Shown here one piece after another: positions 37,381 through 49,286 of a DNA stretch of 64,000 bases; position 1 is the stretch's first letter; each line of letters opens with the position of its first letter. The DNA comes from Camelus ferus (lineage: Eukaryota). The stretch lies in assembly GCF_009834535.1 (NCBI RefSeq), contig NC_045696.1:41294001-41358000 (forward strand). The letters are read 5' to 3'. A program made the position numbers and the translations under genes. The notes beneath the pieces were generated by a model. It made no database searches, was not told the origin of the DNA, and worked only from the letters and a program-made list of their open reading frames with translations.

Positions 37381-38128
37381 CTGCAATAAAGAAGAATTCA
37401 GTTAGAGACTCTGTGAGTCGGGATTTGATGCTGTGGTTTAGCCGTATGGTGTAGGCATGCTCCTAACAGAGGGCGCACTGGGCAGCTGATGCCTTTCATG
37501 CAAATAGCTGGCTTTCCCTGGAAAAGTTTTACATAGTTGTTATAATTTGAAGGTGTACCTTCAAATGGCCATGGTGTGGCATGGAAGATCAACATCACAA
37601 GTACTGAACACAATACGTACATGCTGTTCCTTTTTTTCTGAAGAGAATAAAGCAAGTTAGATTCTCTTGGGCCAAGAAGCAGCTAACTTGCATGGCATGA
37701 AATTCTTATTAAAAGACAGGACACTTTCGGGGATTCTCCTTAAGTTTAGTACACACAGGACTTGGAAAAGCCAACCAAAATGGAAAGCACAGACATAGTC
37801 AAGACTTCCACCTTTCCAGGCTTTGTAAGTTAGAAACCTGACATTCTGTTTTTCTAGACATCCCAAGGGACTGGTAAAAAGGGTGTGCAGTTAGCACCTA
37901 CCATCCAGAGCTTCCTAGAATATTAGTCACCAGGATCAAGACATGTTGTTAACTCTTTAATGGAATTGGTCCAAGAAAATAGGAAGATGAACTACTGCCA
38001 GTAATGGGGGAGAAAAGTGGGGAGGGTGGGAAAGCCAAGGCACTGGGGTTACTCTTCTTTTCTATGAGGGCTGAGAGGTGGGGTTTTTTTTTTTTTTTTT
38101 TTGAAGAAAAAAAAGTTCTTAGAATTAC

Positions 38129-38203
38129 CCAGTGTTGTTTCTGAAATGTCTAATGCACTAGACACAGTGGGTTTAGTGGTTCTTGGAACTGATTCAGGAG
38201 TCA
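38129..38203 (-). CDS. ABI3BP: ABI3BP exon: VTPESVPRTTKPTVSSALDISETTL
   Basis: 75 nt; acceptor acctttcag, donor gtaatt; phase 1-1. Confidence 0.92.
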
Positions 38204-40029
38204 CTGAAAGGTAAAAAAGACAACTTTACAAATTAAGATAAAATGATGGCACAACTGAAGAATATAAGGCACTTTTGTTGTCCTTTGGAATTAAAGCTGA
38301 CACTTGCACAGACCAATTGTCTTCAAGTTAATTAAGTTAAGGGCTCTCTGGCTTGCCCCAGTGCCCAAACTCCTCCCAAGCCTTCCTTTCTGGGTTTGTC
38401 CAGTTTCCACATCCTCCAAAAAGCGCACAGAATTGACCTCCATGGAAGCACTTATCCGATTAATCATAACTTAATTCCTCTGTCTTAGCACAACGTCTGG
38501 GGTATAGTAAGCAAGCACATAGTAAATATTTATGAAATGAGTTAATAACTGGGCAGATAAAAGAATGACCCAGGGCAAAAAAGGGTATTACGTTTTAAGA
38601 TTTCTTTCTTCCCAACTGCAGTCAACATGCAAAGCTTGGAAGTGGGTTGAAATGATAAGGATTCAAATGCCGAGACACAAGTTTGTTTCAAGTGCTAACT
38701 CAAAGGCAAAGATGACCCGCAGGTAAATAGTTTTTGAGAAATAAGAACCAGGATCACTGAGATCTGGAATGAATTGTGAGCTACATGATACCAGAATTTT
38801 TTAGGGGAAGGACACAAAATAAACACAATAACAATGAATAATAAGTTATGGTGTTCGCCTAAGTGTTTTTGAAGTGGAAAATTCTGAGGAGAGTCTGGCA
38901 GAAAACTAAGAAATCTGTAGACTCTCCCATCAGATACTGTGCCAAGAGAAGAAAGGATAACTGGGAAAAAAATTGATGGACTCTCCACTGGGTCATGCCT
39001 CTGCTTTTCTTGGTGTTGACCAATTATACTGAAATCAGAAAACTACCCAGAAATTTCCTTCAGATACATTATTCCAGCATCAGATACTACCTCTGCTCCA
39101 ACTCCCATGAAGGTGGGGGATGGAAGGTCATCTCTCTCCTTTAGGTAGGACCGTAAACTTCTTACTCCATCAGAAATATTTTTATTTCTTGAAATCAAGT
39201 TATTTGACTTCTCCACCAATCTTTATCATCTCTGGACCAGTTATGAATCCAAGAGTTTAGTAACAGGTAAGTATCACTGATATTTCAATTCACAGCAACT
39301 TTATGGATTAAAAAATTCACTTTAGATTGGAGTTACTTTGCTCAATGTGGATCTAGGGGATTTCCTGCCAGATGTTTGTTTCACAGAGTACTGGATGAGG
39401 TGGTACTGCTCTGGCAAAAACTCTGTGGTTCAGAGAATAATGTGTCCCCTGTGGGCTGGACTTGGGCAGTTCATTCATAGAAGAAATGATGAATGTTTGT
39501 TAGTAACGGCTGATAAACTATGGGGAAAATGCATACTGCATTTATTCTTTAAAGGATTTTTACTGAACTATTACATATTTTCTACACAAAAATTGTGAGT
39601 CTTCAAGAGACATTATTATTAAACGATTCCAGGGTACTTTCACACTTATCAAACCATGGATTTGTGAGGGATAATGGCATTTTGCTAAACTAATCATTTG
39701 TGAAAGTGAAGAAATGAAAAATGGTCTAATGTCTTCTTGTAAAAGGAAAACACCCAAACCATGTTTTTACATTTTAGTGTAAAAATATTTCAGAATGTTG
39801 AGGTAACAACTTTCACTTACAGTGAAAAATACAGCTTCCACATTACGTATTACTTATATAATTCAATAGCTCATTTTGCATCTAGAATCCCCTATTGTTG
39901 TGTGCTAATAATTAAAATGAATTTCCTACAGGCTCTTCACTGAAAAAAAAATAGTCTTGTCAATCATTTACTATTTGGAAAAATACATTATTTACTTTTT
40001 CAAAGTTAATAACACAGGGATCTCATTAC

Positions 40030-40107
40030 CTGTTATGGGCCGTGCTGGGATTTTTTCTACCTCTGGCGTTTTAGATTCAGCAGGCAATGCCAAGGTTTCA
40101 TTCTTAG
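40030..40107 (-). CDS. ABI3BP: ABI3BP exon: AKNETLALPAESKTPEVEKIPARPIT
   Basis: 78 nt; acceptor ggctttttag, donor gtaatg; phase 1-1. Confidence 0.93.
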
Positions 40108-41045
40108 CTAAAAAGCCAGAGAACAAACAGTTTACCTCACTTCTTCATAAGAGAGTGTCCAAATCCAATTCACTCGAAACAATCAAGCAACAGATTATTT
40201 CAAGACATATCTTGAAATAATGCTCTTATCCCATCCAGTCAGGCAGCCAATACATTTATTATGCATTTCTACCAGGGGTTAGTATTTGTAGACGACAGTC
40301 TTCAGAATTCCTTCTCATTAACCCTAGATAATTCTTTAAGATCTAAGCTGGCACTGGCATGAAGAAAAAAACCCACAAGACAGTACTTGGATAACTCTCA
40401 AGTCATTCTGATTCGTAAATAGAGTTTCTCAAAGGCAAAAGTCGTACAGCAAATACTCCTTGGAATTTTCTTTTCAGTTATTCCTAATTTCCTTTAAAAA
40501 AGTCAACGAATAGAAATTACCATTATGTATGGTAACAAATGTAATAGGTTATCACACTAAAGTTCTAGAAAAACATAAATAACACATATAGGAAACTGAG
40601 TTATTTGAAGATATTTGTGGTGAAAAGAATACCGGCCGTTTATTTATTTGAGCCACATGTTAACACAGATCTTTCTTTCGGCTGGTATGGGAATTAAGTG
40701 TAAAAAATAAAATCTGGTTTTGTTTTTTTTTTTTTCCTCTTTGACAACTATTCGGGAAACTTCCTTCTAAAATTTAGGTATTCTTTTTCAAAGAAAGCAC
40801 ATTTCTCTACTAGGGTTTCCTAACGATCAAGACATTCTCCATTTAAAGAACGCATTTAGGATTAACTGGATTCAGCTCTTTGGCACACTGAATGAATGAC
40901 CTAGTTATAATATTTTGAAACAGTCTAGTGGCATGAAAGAATTCATTCATCTTTGAGATACCCTGATCACTTTGCCCTGAACTGATTATTGTCAGATGGG
41001 ACTTTTTTTTTTTTTTTTAAGCCTTCTTAGACTGTAAGGAACTTC

Positions 41046-41261
41046 CTGGGTTTCTCAACATTGGCACTACCAACGTATTGGGCTGGATAATTTTTTATTG
41101 GTGTGGGGGGGATCTTTCGTGTGAACCGTAGGATATTCAGCAGCATCTCTGACCTTTACCCACTGGATTCCACACTTCCATAGCCTTGACAACTAAAAAT
41201 GTCTCCAGACACTGCCAAATATCCCCTGGGGGACAGAATCGCCCTCTGTTGAGAACTACTG
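41046..41261 (+). mobile_element. MER20 DNA transposon
   Basis: ggtttctcaacattggcactac...gacaactaaaaatgtctccagacactgccaaat...ttgagaactactg. Confidence 0.85.
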
Positions 41262-41878
41262 ATCTCATCTGTTCCCTCCAAGTTCTTTGAGGATGCAGAT
41301 TTTGTAACACTGCTGAAAAGGCTATTTTCTTCTTTTCAGTTAACATGGGCACAAAATATTTATTTACTTCTGATGGACTAAAAGTCAATTCTAAAGTCAT
41401 CCCTTTTACAAAGTTGATAGAAGCAAATCAATTTTCAATCTGAATGATGGAAGTGTACAAGAGAGTCCTAGAACTAATGATTTTCGAGAGTGACTGAAAA
41501 TGCTAGAAACAGGCACAAGTACTACCGTACTTGCCACAGCTGCCAGCAGAGTGTGTGTTCTGATCCCTGTGCAAGCGGAGTTGCACAGCGTGTCTGCACA
41601 CAGAGGTTTTTACTAAAATTGTTCAAACTGATTTAGCAGGGCATAAAGGAAAGGGATTCTCTTTTGGGAATAACTAAAAAAATAAACAGATCCAGTATCA
41701 TTTTATGATAAATTCTATTTTTCAGATTGCTAAATTTTATCAACATTTTTCTTCCTGCTTCTTTTGTGGTCACAGCTTACGTTTAGAACCATTGTGATTG
41801 TTAGCATGGGAAAAACAAACAGATTATAAATATTCATGAGCTCTGGTTCTATTATTTTCAGCGTGTACATAGGAAGGG

Positions 41879-41989
41879 TTTTTTTGTTTGTTTGTTTGCT
41901 TTGTTTTTTTAATGGAGGCACTGGGTATTGAACCAGGACCTCATGCATGCTAAGCACATGCTCTACCACTGAGCTATCTCCCTCGCACC
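41879..41989 (-). mobile_element. tRNA-derived SINE (camelid Vic-1-like)
   Basis: Minus strand reads gggagatagctcagtggtagagcatgtgcttagcatgcatgaggtcctggttcaatacccagtgcctccatt plus A-rich tail; A and B boxes present. Confidence 0.85.
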
Positions 41990-43259
41990 AGAAAGTTTTC
42001 CTTTAATGCTCTCTTCTTTTTCAGTGTCCTCTTTTCCTTCAGGGTATCTTTGCTAAACCTCTCCTTTCTGTATAACATCCAACACTCTTCATGGTTCCCT
42101 AGCTGACTAGGACCATGTAGTCATTTATTGAATTTATTTGGGGAAATTATTTATTTTAACTTCCAGATCCTAGACTTGCAGACAATGCTCTGGTGTGCTT
42201 TGCTTTAGCTCCTTCTGTTCAAAGCATGCCCTTAGCCAGTGACCCCACTCACCTAAAATGAGGCTGTTAACGAAGGAAAAATGATCAACTACCTTTCCCA
42301 GAGATACCTGTCTTCTTTACACATCACCAATTCCTTATAGAGGTAGGTGGTGTTTCTAAATATGGCATTTCAGACATCAGAGAAGTTGGTAGGAGGGGAA
42401 GATAATTGAATGGAGACGCTTCATGACTCCTATCAAGCCGTGAGTATTCATCAACACCATCGCGTACAACTGCCGTCTTGGCAACAGCAGAGAAAGGCCA
42501 CCAGAACACAGCCTAAAACCCAGGAAGTCCCTTTTCCTCCCTGATTCTTCTGTACCTTTTTTCAACAGAGTTGTTTCCTTTCATTTTTGGCAGGCTAAGT
42601 CTTCGCTTTGGCAAACCCTTTTTTATGTCTCTGGGAAATGTGTGTGTAATATTAGCTTTCTTGTTTATTTCTCTCATTAGTCACACCATGTGTTCTTAGA
42701 ACAAACCCTACTTATTTTTTGATGGCCCATTTTGGGTCCTGCTGGAAGGAAGATATTTTTAGGCTTTACCTCTCACAAAATAGGACTTTTCTGAATTGCA
42801 GTGATAAATAACTTCAGGAAAGTTTATTGCTCCTTTGTTGGTATAAAGAACTGTTGATGCTCACATTTTTTTCCATAAAACCAGTAAATCTAAAATGTAA
42901 ATTGTGAACACAGTCTAAGGTGATATATTTGATGGATTTACTGGTCACTTTCAAACATACTGCATACTAGTCTTTACAATGTGTACGAAATTTGCCATGT
43001 GGTATTTTAAGATAGGTGTTTCCTGAGAAATAAAGTTTAACAAGATATTTACTATTCACATAGAACTTGTCTTCATTAAAATCACACTTAATCCTGGAGC
43101 TTTAGTGAATCATATCAGAATAAAAAGAGTAAAAAGCAAAGCAAACCAAAAAATGATCCGTTTAATTCTCTCAATTAAAGAAGACAAAAAGGCTGGATTG
43201 GTATTAAGGCAGTATGTAGAACTTTGCAAAAAAAGAAGGAAAAAAAAAAAAAGGAAATA

Positions 43260-43739
43260 GTCCTCATGGTAAATGGCACTCCCCCAGGCACCATGACAGC
43301 TCCGAAGCTAACCATAGAAGGTCAAAAAGTGGGTGGTGGCCCAATTCCAGAGAATCTCAGTCCTTTCCCCAAAAGCAGTTGGAATAATTCTCCTACTTGT
43401 TAGCATATAAAGCTACCGAGCCCATAAAAACTAGTAACACCTCACCTTGTGGCCTCTCACTCCCCGCCTTCCAAGACAGCCTGCACTCTGTCCATGGAGT
43501 GTGTATCTACTTTTACTTTCAACTGAGCACCTAACCCCCACACCTTGTGGCTTTTCTCCTGCCTTCTGAAATAGCCTGCACTCTGTCTATGGAGTTATGT
43601 ATCTTTCTGAATAAATCTACCTTTATTCAACTGTGGCTCGCTCTGGAACTCTTTCCTGCATGAAGCCAAGGACCCTCACTTGGCGGGGTGTGTCCCTGGG
43701 ACACAGCCATCCTCTCGCCCCACATTTTTCCAGTAGCAA
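43260..43739 (+). mobile_element. ERV1-class LTR (likely solo or 5'-truncated) with internal tandem duplication
   Basis: TATA-like cataaaaa, AATAAA near 43610, U5-like ctttcctgcatgaagccaagga; motif caccttgtggc...agcctgcactctgtc.atggagt occurs twice. Confidence 0.65.
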
Positions 43740-44534
43740 TTCACTAAGGGGATTTCATTTGGAAGCTTCCTAGCCTGCAGAGCAGCATTAGATGATGTGG
43801 GGTTGAGTCTCAGGGTTTTACAGCTACACAGGAGGTGATCAGGTCTGAGGCACAAATTAAAGAAATGAAACCTGGAATCATTTCTCTACATTCCTGGAGA
43901 TAACTCACCATAGCACTACCAGGTGTGAGTGTTTTACAGTAAAAATGTAAGAATGACACAAAATCACAAGGATGTATTAACAAATATGTTCACCTCTTAA
44001 TAAAATGGTGATACATAAATTTTGAAAAATTTTCTCAAAGTGTAAGTCTAATAGTCTATTAATTCATGCTTTTCTACCCACTTAAGGCTTTGCTCCTCCT
44101 TCATCTAGGAGGTTTGCAAATTAACAGCTTAAGAGAATGTTAAGAGTTCACCTTTTAAAACTGTTACAATCTGATGGCCCAGCATCAGACAAGCCAGTAA
44201 GTCAGACCTCCAACGAGGGACGAGAAATGAAGTCTGAGGTCCCTGGATGCAGAGGTCCCGCGTTTGGGTACCTCCACATTATGTCCCCGGCAATCTGCAG
44301 TTCTGGTGCCAAGTAATGCTTAATAAATATTTGTTGAATGAATGTTGTCAAACAGAGACTTGTTTCCACATCCATAAAATGTGAAGATTCAATTATGTAA
44401 GTGTGAAAGTTCTTAGCCAGTACATCGAGTTCAGGGAAAACATTGTTAAGTCTTGTTCAGTTTCTACCCCATCATGCCATCTTCTTCCATATTAATCAGT
44501 GGCCCACCCAAGAAGTTCTCCAGAGATTTTAGAA

Positions 44535-44702
44535 AGTGTGGTTTCTGGACCAGCAGTATCACCTGAGTACTAGGTAGAAATGGAAACTCTCTGCCCCACT
44601 GCCCTAGACCTACTGAATCAGTGACCTGGGGGTAAGCCCAGCAGTCTGTGTGTGACAAGCCCTCCAGGAATTCTGGTGCTTCCTCAAGTTTGTGGTCTCC
44701 TG
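44535..44702. mobile_element. MER5A DNA transposon
   Basis: gtgtggtttctggaccagcagtatcacctg...agacctactgaatcag...acaagccctccagg. Confidence 0.8.
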
Positions 44703-45149
44703 CTACAGAGAGAATCCACACCAATTTGATACTCAAATGCAGCAACTAGCGTAGCCCAGTGACCACCCCAATTGTCTCCTGGGCTCCTTTTAAAGGGTTT
44801 TGCTGTTTTTTTCCTCCAAATGTTATGTTTTTTAAACACTAAAATCGTATCAGGTTCTTTCTTGAAGTAGGAAGCAGTATCAATACCAGGGACATAATTC
44901 TAAGAGACCTGACCTTTACATCAGTTCTCACTGAAACCATCTATCTAGTGGCCCCCTGACAGCAGAGCACAATGAGTATTTTTCATAACAGTTACTCCAT
45001 TGGACTCTTATACCTACAGAATGTGTGTATTTTGGATAATCTGATAAATGTTCACTCTCCTTTCATAAATGTAAATATAAAATAACCATTTCCCACAGAA
45101 TGGGATTTATATGAATACCTCCAACACTCCAACCTGTCTGCCTTTTTTT

Positions 45150-45790
45150 TTTCCTCCAATTTTTGTGGTAAAAGATTTACAGTCTTCACTGTTAAGTGTG
45201 CGATTCAGTGGTATTAAATACGTTCAGAATATTGTGCAATCATCACTACCATCCATCTCCAGAACTCGTTTCATCTTGTAAAACTGAAACTCTGTACCAT
45301 GGAACACTAACTCCCCATTCTCCTCCTCCTCCAGTCCCTGATAACCATCATCATACCTTCCGTCTCTATGAATTGATCACTCTAGTACCTCATACAAGTG
45401 GAATCATATATTCTTTTTATCCTTTGTGACTGGCTTATTGCACTTAGCACAATGTCCTCAAAGTTCATCCACATTGTAGTGTACGTTGGAATTTCCTTTT
45501 TTTTTTAAGGCTAAATAGTATTTCATTGTGTGTATATACCACATTTTGCTTATCCATTCATTTGTTAATGGGCACTTAGATTTCTTCCACATTTTAGCTG
45601 TTGTGAATAATGCTGCTATGAACATGGGTGTACAAGTATCTCTTTAAGAACTTTTGTTTTCCACTTCTTTTGGTTATATACCCAGAAGTGGAACTGCTGT
45701 ATAATATGGTAATTCTATATTCATTCTTTTGAGGAATGGTTGTATTGTTTTCCTGTAACTGTAGCATTTTATATTCCTGTTCACTGTGCA
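45150..45790 (-). mobile_element. Old L1 (L1MA/MB-type) 3' fragment
   Basis: catacaagtggaatcata, gactggcttattgcacttagcacaatg, gtgaataatgctgctatgaacat, atatacccagaagtgga. Confidence 0.85.
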
Positions 45791-45920
45791 CATGCCTATT
45801 CCTTACTTGTTACTTTGAGGTCCCCAAACAGCTTACTTGCTAGATCCCTTGGCTATCCTAAGACTATCAGTGCTAGTCTTCAGTCACTGCAAAGTCCAAA
45901 TATAGATCTTTGCTGCTTAC

Positions 45921-46013
45921 CTAATTGTGTCTTGACTGCATCTGAAATTTCGAACATTATGGAGGTAGGAAGTTTTACAACGGTTTCATTGAGACCTGGA
46001 ATAACAAGGTGGA
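45921..46013 (-). CDS. ABI3BP: ABI3BP exon: VHLVIPGLNETVVKLPTSIMFEISDAVKTQL
   Basis: 93 nt; acceptor ttcttgcag, donor gtaagc; phase 1-1. Confidence 0.93.
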
Positions 46014-46604
46014 CTGCAAGAAAATAGAATAAAACAAAAGAAAACGTGTCACGACACAAAGCTCAGAGCATCGGATACTAGAAACCATGAAGTTCAGTGG
46101 TTATTTTCCTTAGTCAGTTTTACTCCAAACTTTAAAATGACAGAAAAAATATGACAGGAACTTTTAAACAGAATCTTTTTCATATTCAGAACTGAAGTAC
46201 CAAAATACTCTGGCTTTTAATCCATAGACTCAAAAATGGTAAATTGGCTGCTTAAAATGTGTGGTGAACAAACACCATTATTAATGATAATTTTTAAAAG
46301 AGCAGTTCACTATGACAAAGACCCTCATAACTGCAACAACCCTGCGGGGCAGATAGGATGGGCACCCGCATCCCTGCCAGGCACAGGCTAGAGCTGTCTA
46401 ACACACCATGATAGAGGTAGCATCTCTTGGATCGTAGCCTGGAATGCACACAAGCCAGGATGCTAAATACTGAAAGGAAATGAACCAACATCAATTTAGC
46501 AGAACCGCTCACAGTGAAAAATTCCATAACAGCCTAATTATCAAAAAAAAAAAAAAAATAGCCTGACTAGCTTATTGTAGGTGTAGATTTCAAGATAAAC
46601 TCAC

Positions 46605-46676
46605 CCAGTATTGTTCCTCCGAAGGGAGTCTTATCTGGGGATTTAGTTGAGGCCTTGTGAGTGACATTCTGAATCA
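46605..46676 (-). CDS. ABI3BP: ABI3BP exon: VIQNVTHKASTKSPDKTPFGGTIL
   Basis: 72 nt; acceptor ttcaacag, donor gtgagt; phase 1-1. Confidence 0.93.
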
Positions 46677-47586
46677 CTGTTGAAATATCAAAAGGTAATA
46701 GTGTGAATGCAAAAAAAGAAATCGTCATGAAGCAGTAACAAGCTTACATTGTGAAGTCATCTGCACTGCAGAGGCCCTGATACAACTTTTTAATAGAAAG
46801 GAACTCACTGGGCTGGTTACACAGCCAAGAAAAGGACTAGAAGGCATATCATAACACCTGTGCCTTCAAGTAACAAAAGGCCATTATTATTCCATCATAT
46901 CATGTTCCATTCTAATGAGCTGAAAATTTCCTTTCTCCACTCCCCTCCCTGCAGGCTCCTCCAGGTAAAGAACTAGCACAAAATGACCCAATAAATGAAA
47001 GTTAGAAATGTATATTCTCAAAGCAAAGACTCTTAGGATGATTCCAATATTATCCGGTTCTGAGAATACACTTGGGACATCGTGTTTTCTTAAAATGAAG
47101 AACTATCTTAAGTACACAATCTCTTCTACCAAGAAACTTTCTGGAAATAATGAAGTCATTTTAATAACCTGAAAAACGGGAAGTCAAAACAAAAACGACT
47201 GTATACTGAAATGAAATAAGACCTTATTCTTCAAATTTGGATTTCTTTACTTTCCCTAATGTGACCACTAAATCGTTACCATTTCATTAATTCAAATATC
47301 CTATTAATGATTAATGATGGAAGTTACCTTAGTCCTGAACTAAAGCCACACATGTTTCGTTGGCTTTTTACAATTTCATACTTTGTTAGGGCTATTTTGT
47401 CCTACTTGTCTAACTAACATGCCTTGCTGAGACTTGACCTATAGGTATACAAGTCAAAATTATCTGTTAACTTCTAATTTATTAGATCCTACTGATTTCT
47501 TCCAACTTTTTTCCTGAAAAATAATCAGAAAAGTTGAAAAAAATACATGCTATGTGTAACTATCTCAGTTAAAAAGTAGATTATGA

Positions 47587-47632
47587 AACTAACATAACAT
47601 TGTAAATCAACTATACTTCAATTAAAAAAAAA
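47587..47632 (+). mobile_element. Very short L1 3' terminus
   Basis: taacataacattgtaaatcaactatacttcaatt(a)n, same terminus as the L1 at 28172-28487. Confidence 0.55.
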
Positions 47633-47709
47633 GCAGCATTAACAACAATAACAAAAAGTGTATTAGAACAGTTCTGAACACATATCCAGAGCAGACTTGC
47701 ACAGATTAC

Positions 47710-47758
47710 CTTGCTTGATGATTGTTACTGGGATTAGTTTCCTTGGGACGTACGATGG
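47710..47758 (-). CDS. ABI3BP: ABI3BP exon: PSYVPRKLIPVTIIKQ
   Basis: 49 nt; acceptor ctcttttcag, donor gtaatc; phase 0 to 1. Confidence 0.93.
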
Positions 47759-48940
47759 CTGAAAAGAGAGGAAGAGTCAGCTTTTGAGTTACTGTGAACT
47801 TAAAAAAAAATAAATCAAAGAATTGGAAGTAGCCCTTTCTTGTACTCAATGAAGTCTCCCATGACACTGGCTTAACAGTTGCTGGAAAGAGCTTTAGTAC
47901 ATATATCTGCCTCTGTTTTATTGTACTCACTTGGTTCCCCCGTAAATGTCTGAAGATTTGGCAGAAGCAGTTTCTTCAAAACTCCCATTAGTTTAGTTTA
48001 CTTACAAACTGCAGTGGAAAGAAACTAAATCCTCTGGATTGCCTACGTGTTTATTTTCACTTCATTTGAGATGTGACCCAGCCGAATTCTGTCTTTACAT
48101 TAGACCTCAAAAAGATTCGAAGGTAAGTATTGTCTTTTAAAACCAATTAACATCCAGTGTTTGCTTGTGCCTCCTGGCTGCTGCTACCTCAGACAACACA
48201 ACCACCGCGAGCTCCTGACACCAAGCACTCCCTGGTCCAAGGGGGCGAAGCTGAGACTCACAGCCAGCATTTCTACTTCCAAAGCCTGTGCTTTTTACTA
48301 TTCTGTACATATTTATGCCCAGAGGACCTCAAAACTGGAAGGGCAGATTCCCAAGGACTCTGCATTCTTCCTTCTCCCAAACTGCCTTAGCTGTCCCAAG
48401 GGAAGTTTTAAGGTCACAGAGCGACTTGAACTAGGGACTCGTTTAGTGTGAACTTTATGGTGGAGTCATCACCAGACATGATGTGAGCCAAGGATAAGAT
48501 AGCCAGGGGAGAGGGGCAGGAACAGAACAAGGGCAGGGCAGCAAATATAGAGAAGAAACAGACTGAGTTCAAGAGATAAGCACGGCACTGATGTTTTGAC
48601 ACTTGATTTAATCCACGTATATGATACAGATAGTCCAGGCACCAGAACTGCTGACAATCCAGGATGTGTAGAATGAGATACTTAGTCACATAGGTGTTTA
48701 CAGCTATGAGAAAAAGAGCTTTGCTAACATACTTCCATTCTAAAAAACAATAGGCCCATAGTAAAGAAGGGCCACAATGCCATGCTTACTCTTGGCTATT
48801 TTCCTTCTTGTATTAAAGACCTTATGTTAAAAACAAAACAAAACAAAACAAAAAACCCCCACAAAATACAAAAAGTTTACTCTTACCAGATTATTTTTTA
48901 AAAGAAGTATTTTTACTTCTTGCATCATATATTGACCGAG

Positions 48941-49286
48941 TGCTGTAGGCTGAATGTTTCTGTCCCCCAACCAAAGCATGTATTAAACTTAACCCCCAGT
49001 GTGATGGTATTTGGGAGTGGGACCTTTGGGAAGTAAATAGTCATGAGGCTTTGGAATCCTCTTCCATGGGATTAGCACTCTTATGAAACAGACCCCAGAA
49101 AGCTCCCACCCTGCTTCCGCCGCGTAAGGACACAGCGAGAAGATGGTTGTGAGCCCGAGGCGAACTCTCACCAGACACCAAATCCGCCAGCTCCTTGATC
49201 TTGAACCTCCCAGGCTCCACAACTGTGAGAAGTAAACGTTTGTTGCTGTGGTATTTTCCTTATAGAAGCCCTAGTGGACGAAGGCA
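48941..49286 (+). mobile_element. MLT1 (MaLR) solo LTR
   Basis: TG...CA ends; ctgaatgtttctgtccccc, aggacacagcgagaagatgg, ccttgatcttgaacctcccaggctccacaactgtgaga. Confidence 0.85.

Noticed and set aside
42300..42512. Minus-strand ORF FWWPFSAVAKTAVVRDGVDEYSR... as a hidden exon
   Set aside because: Not Pro/Thr module-like, no recalled ABI3BP match, and stops occur before the nearest donor-like site
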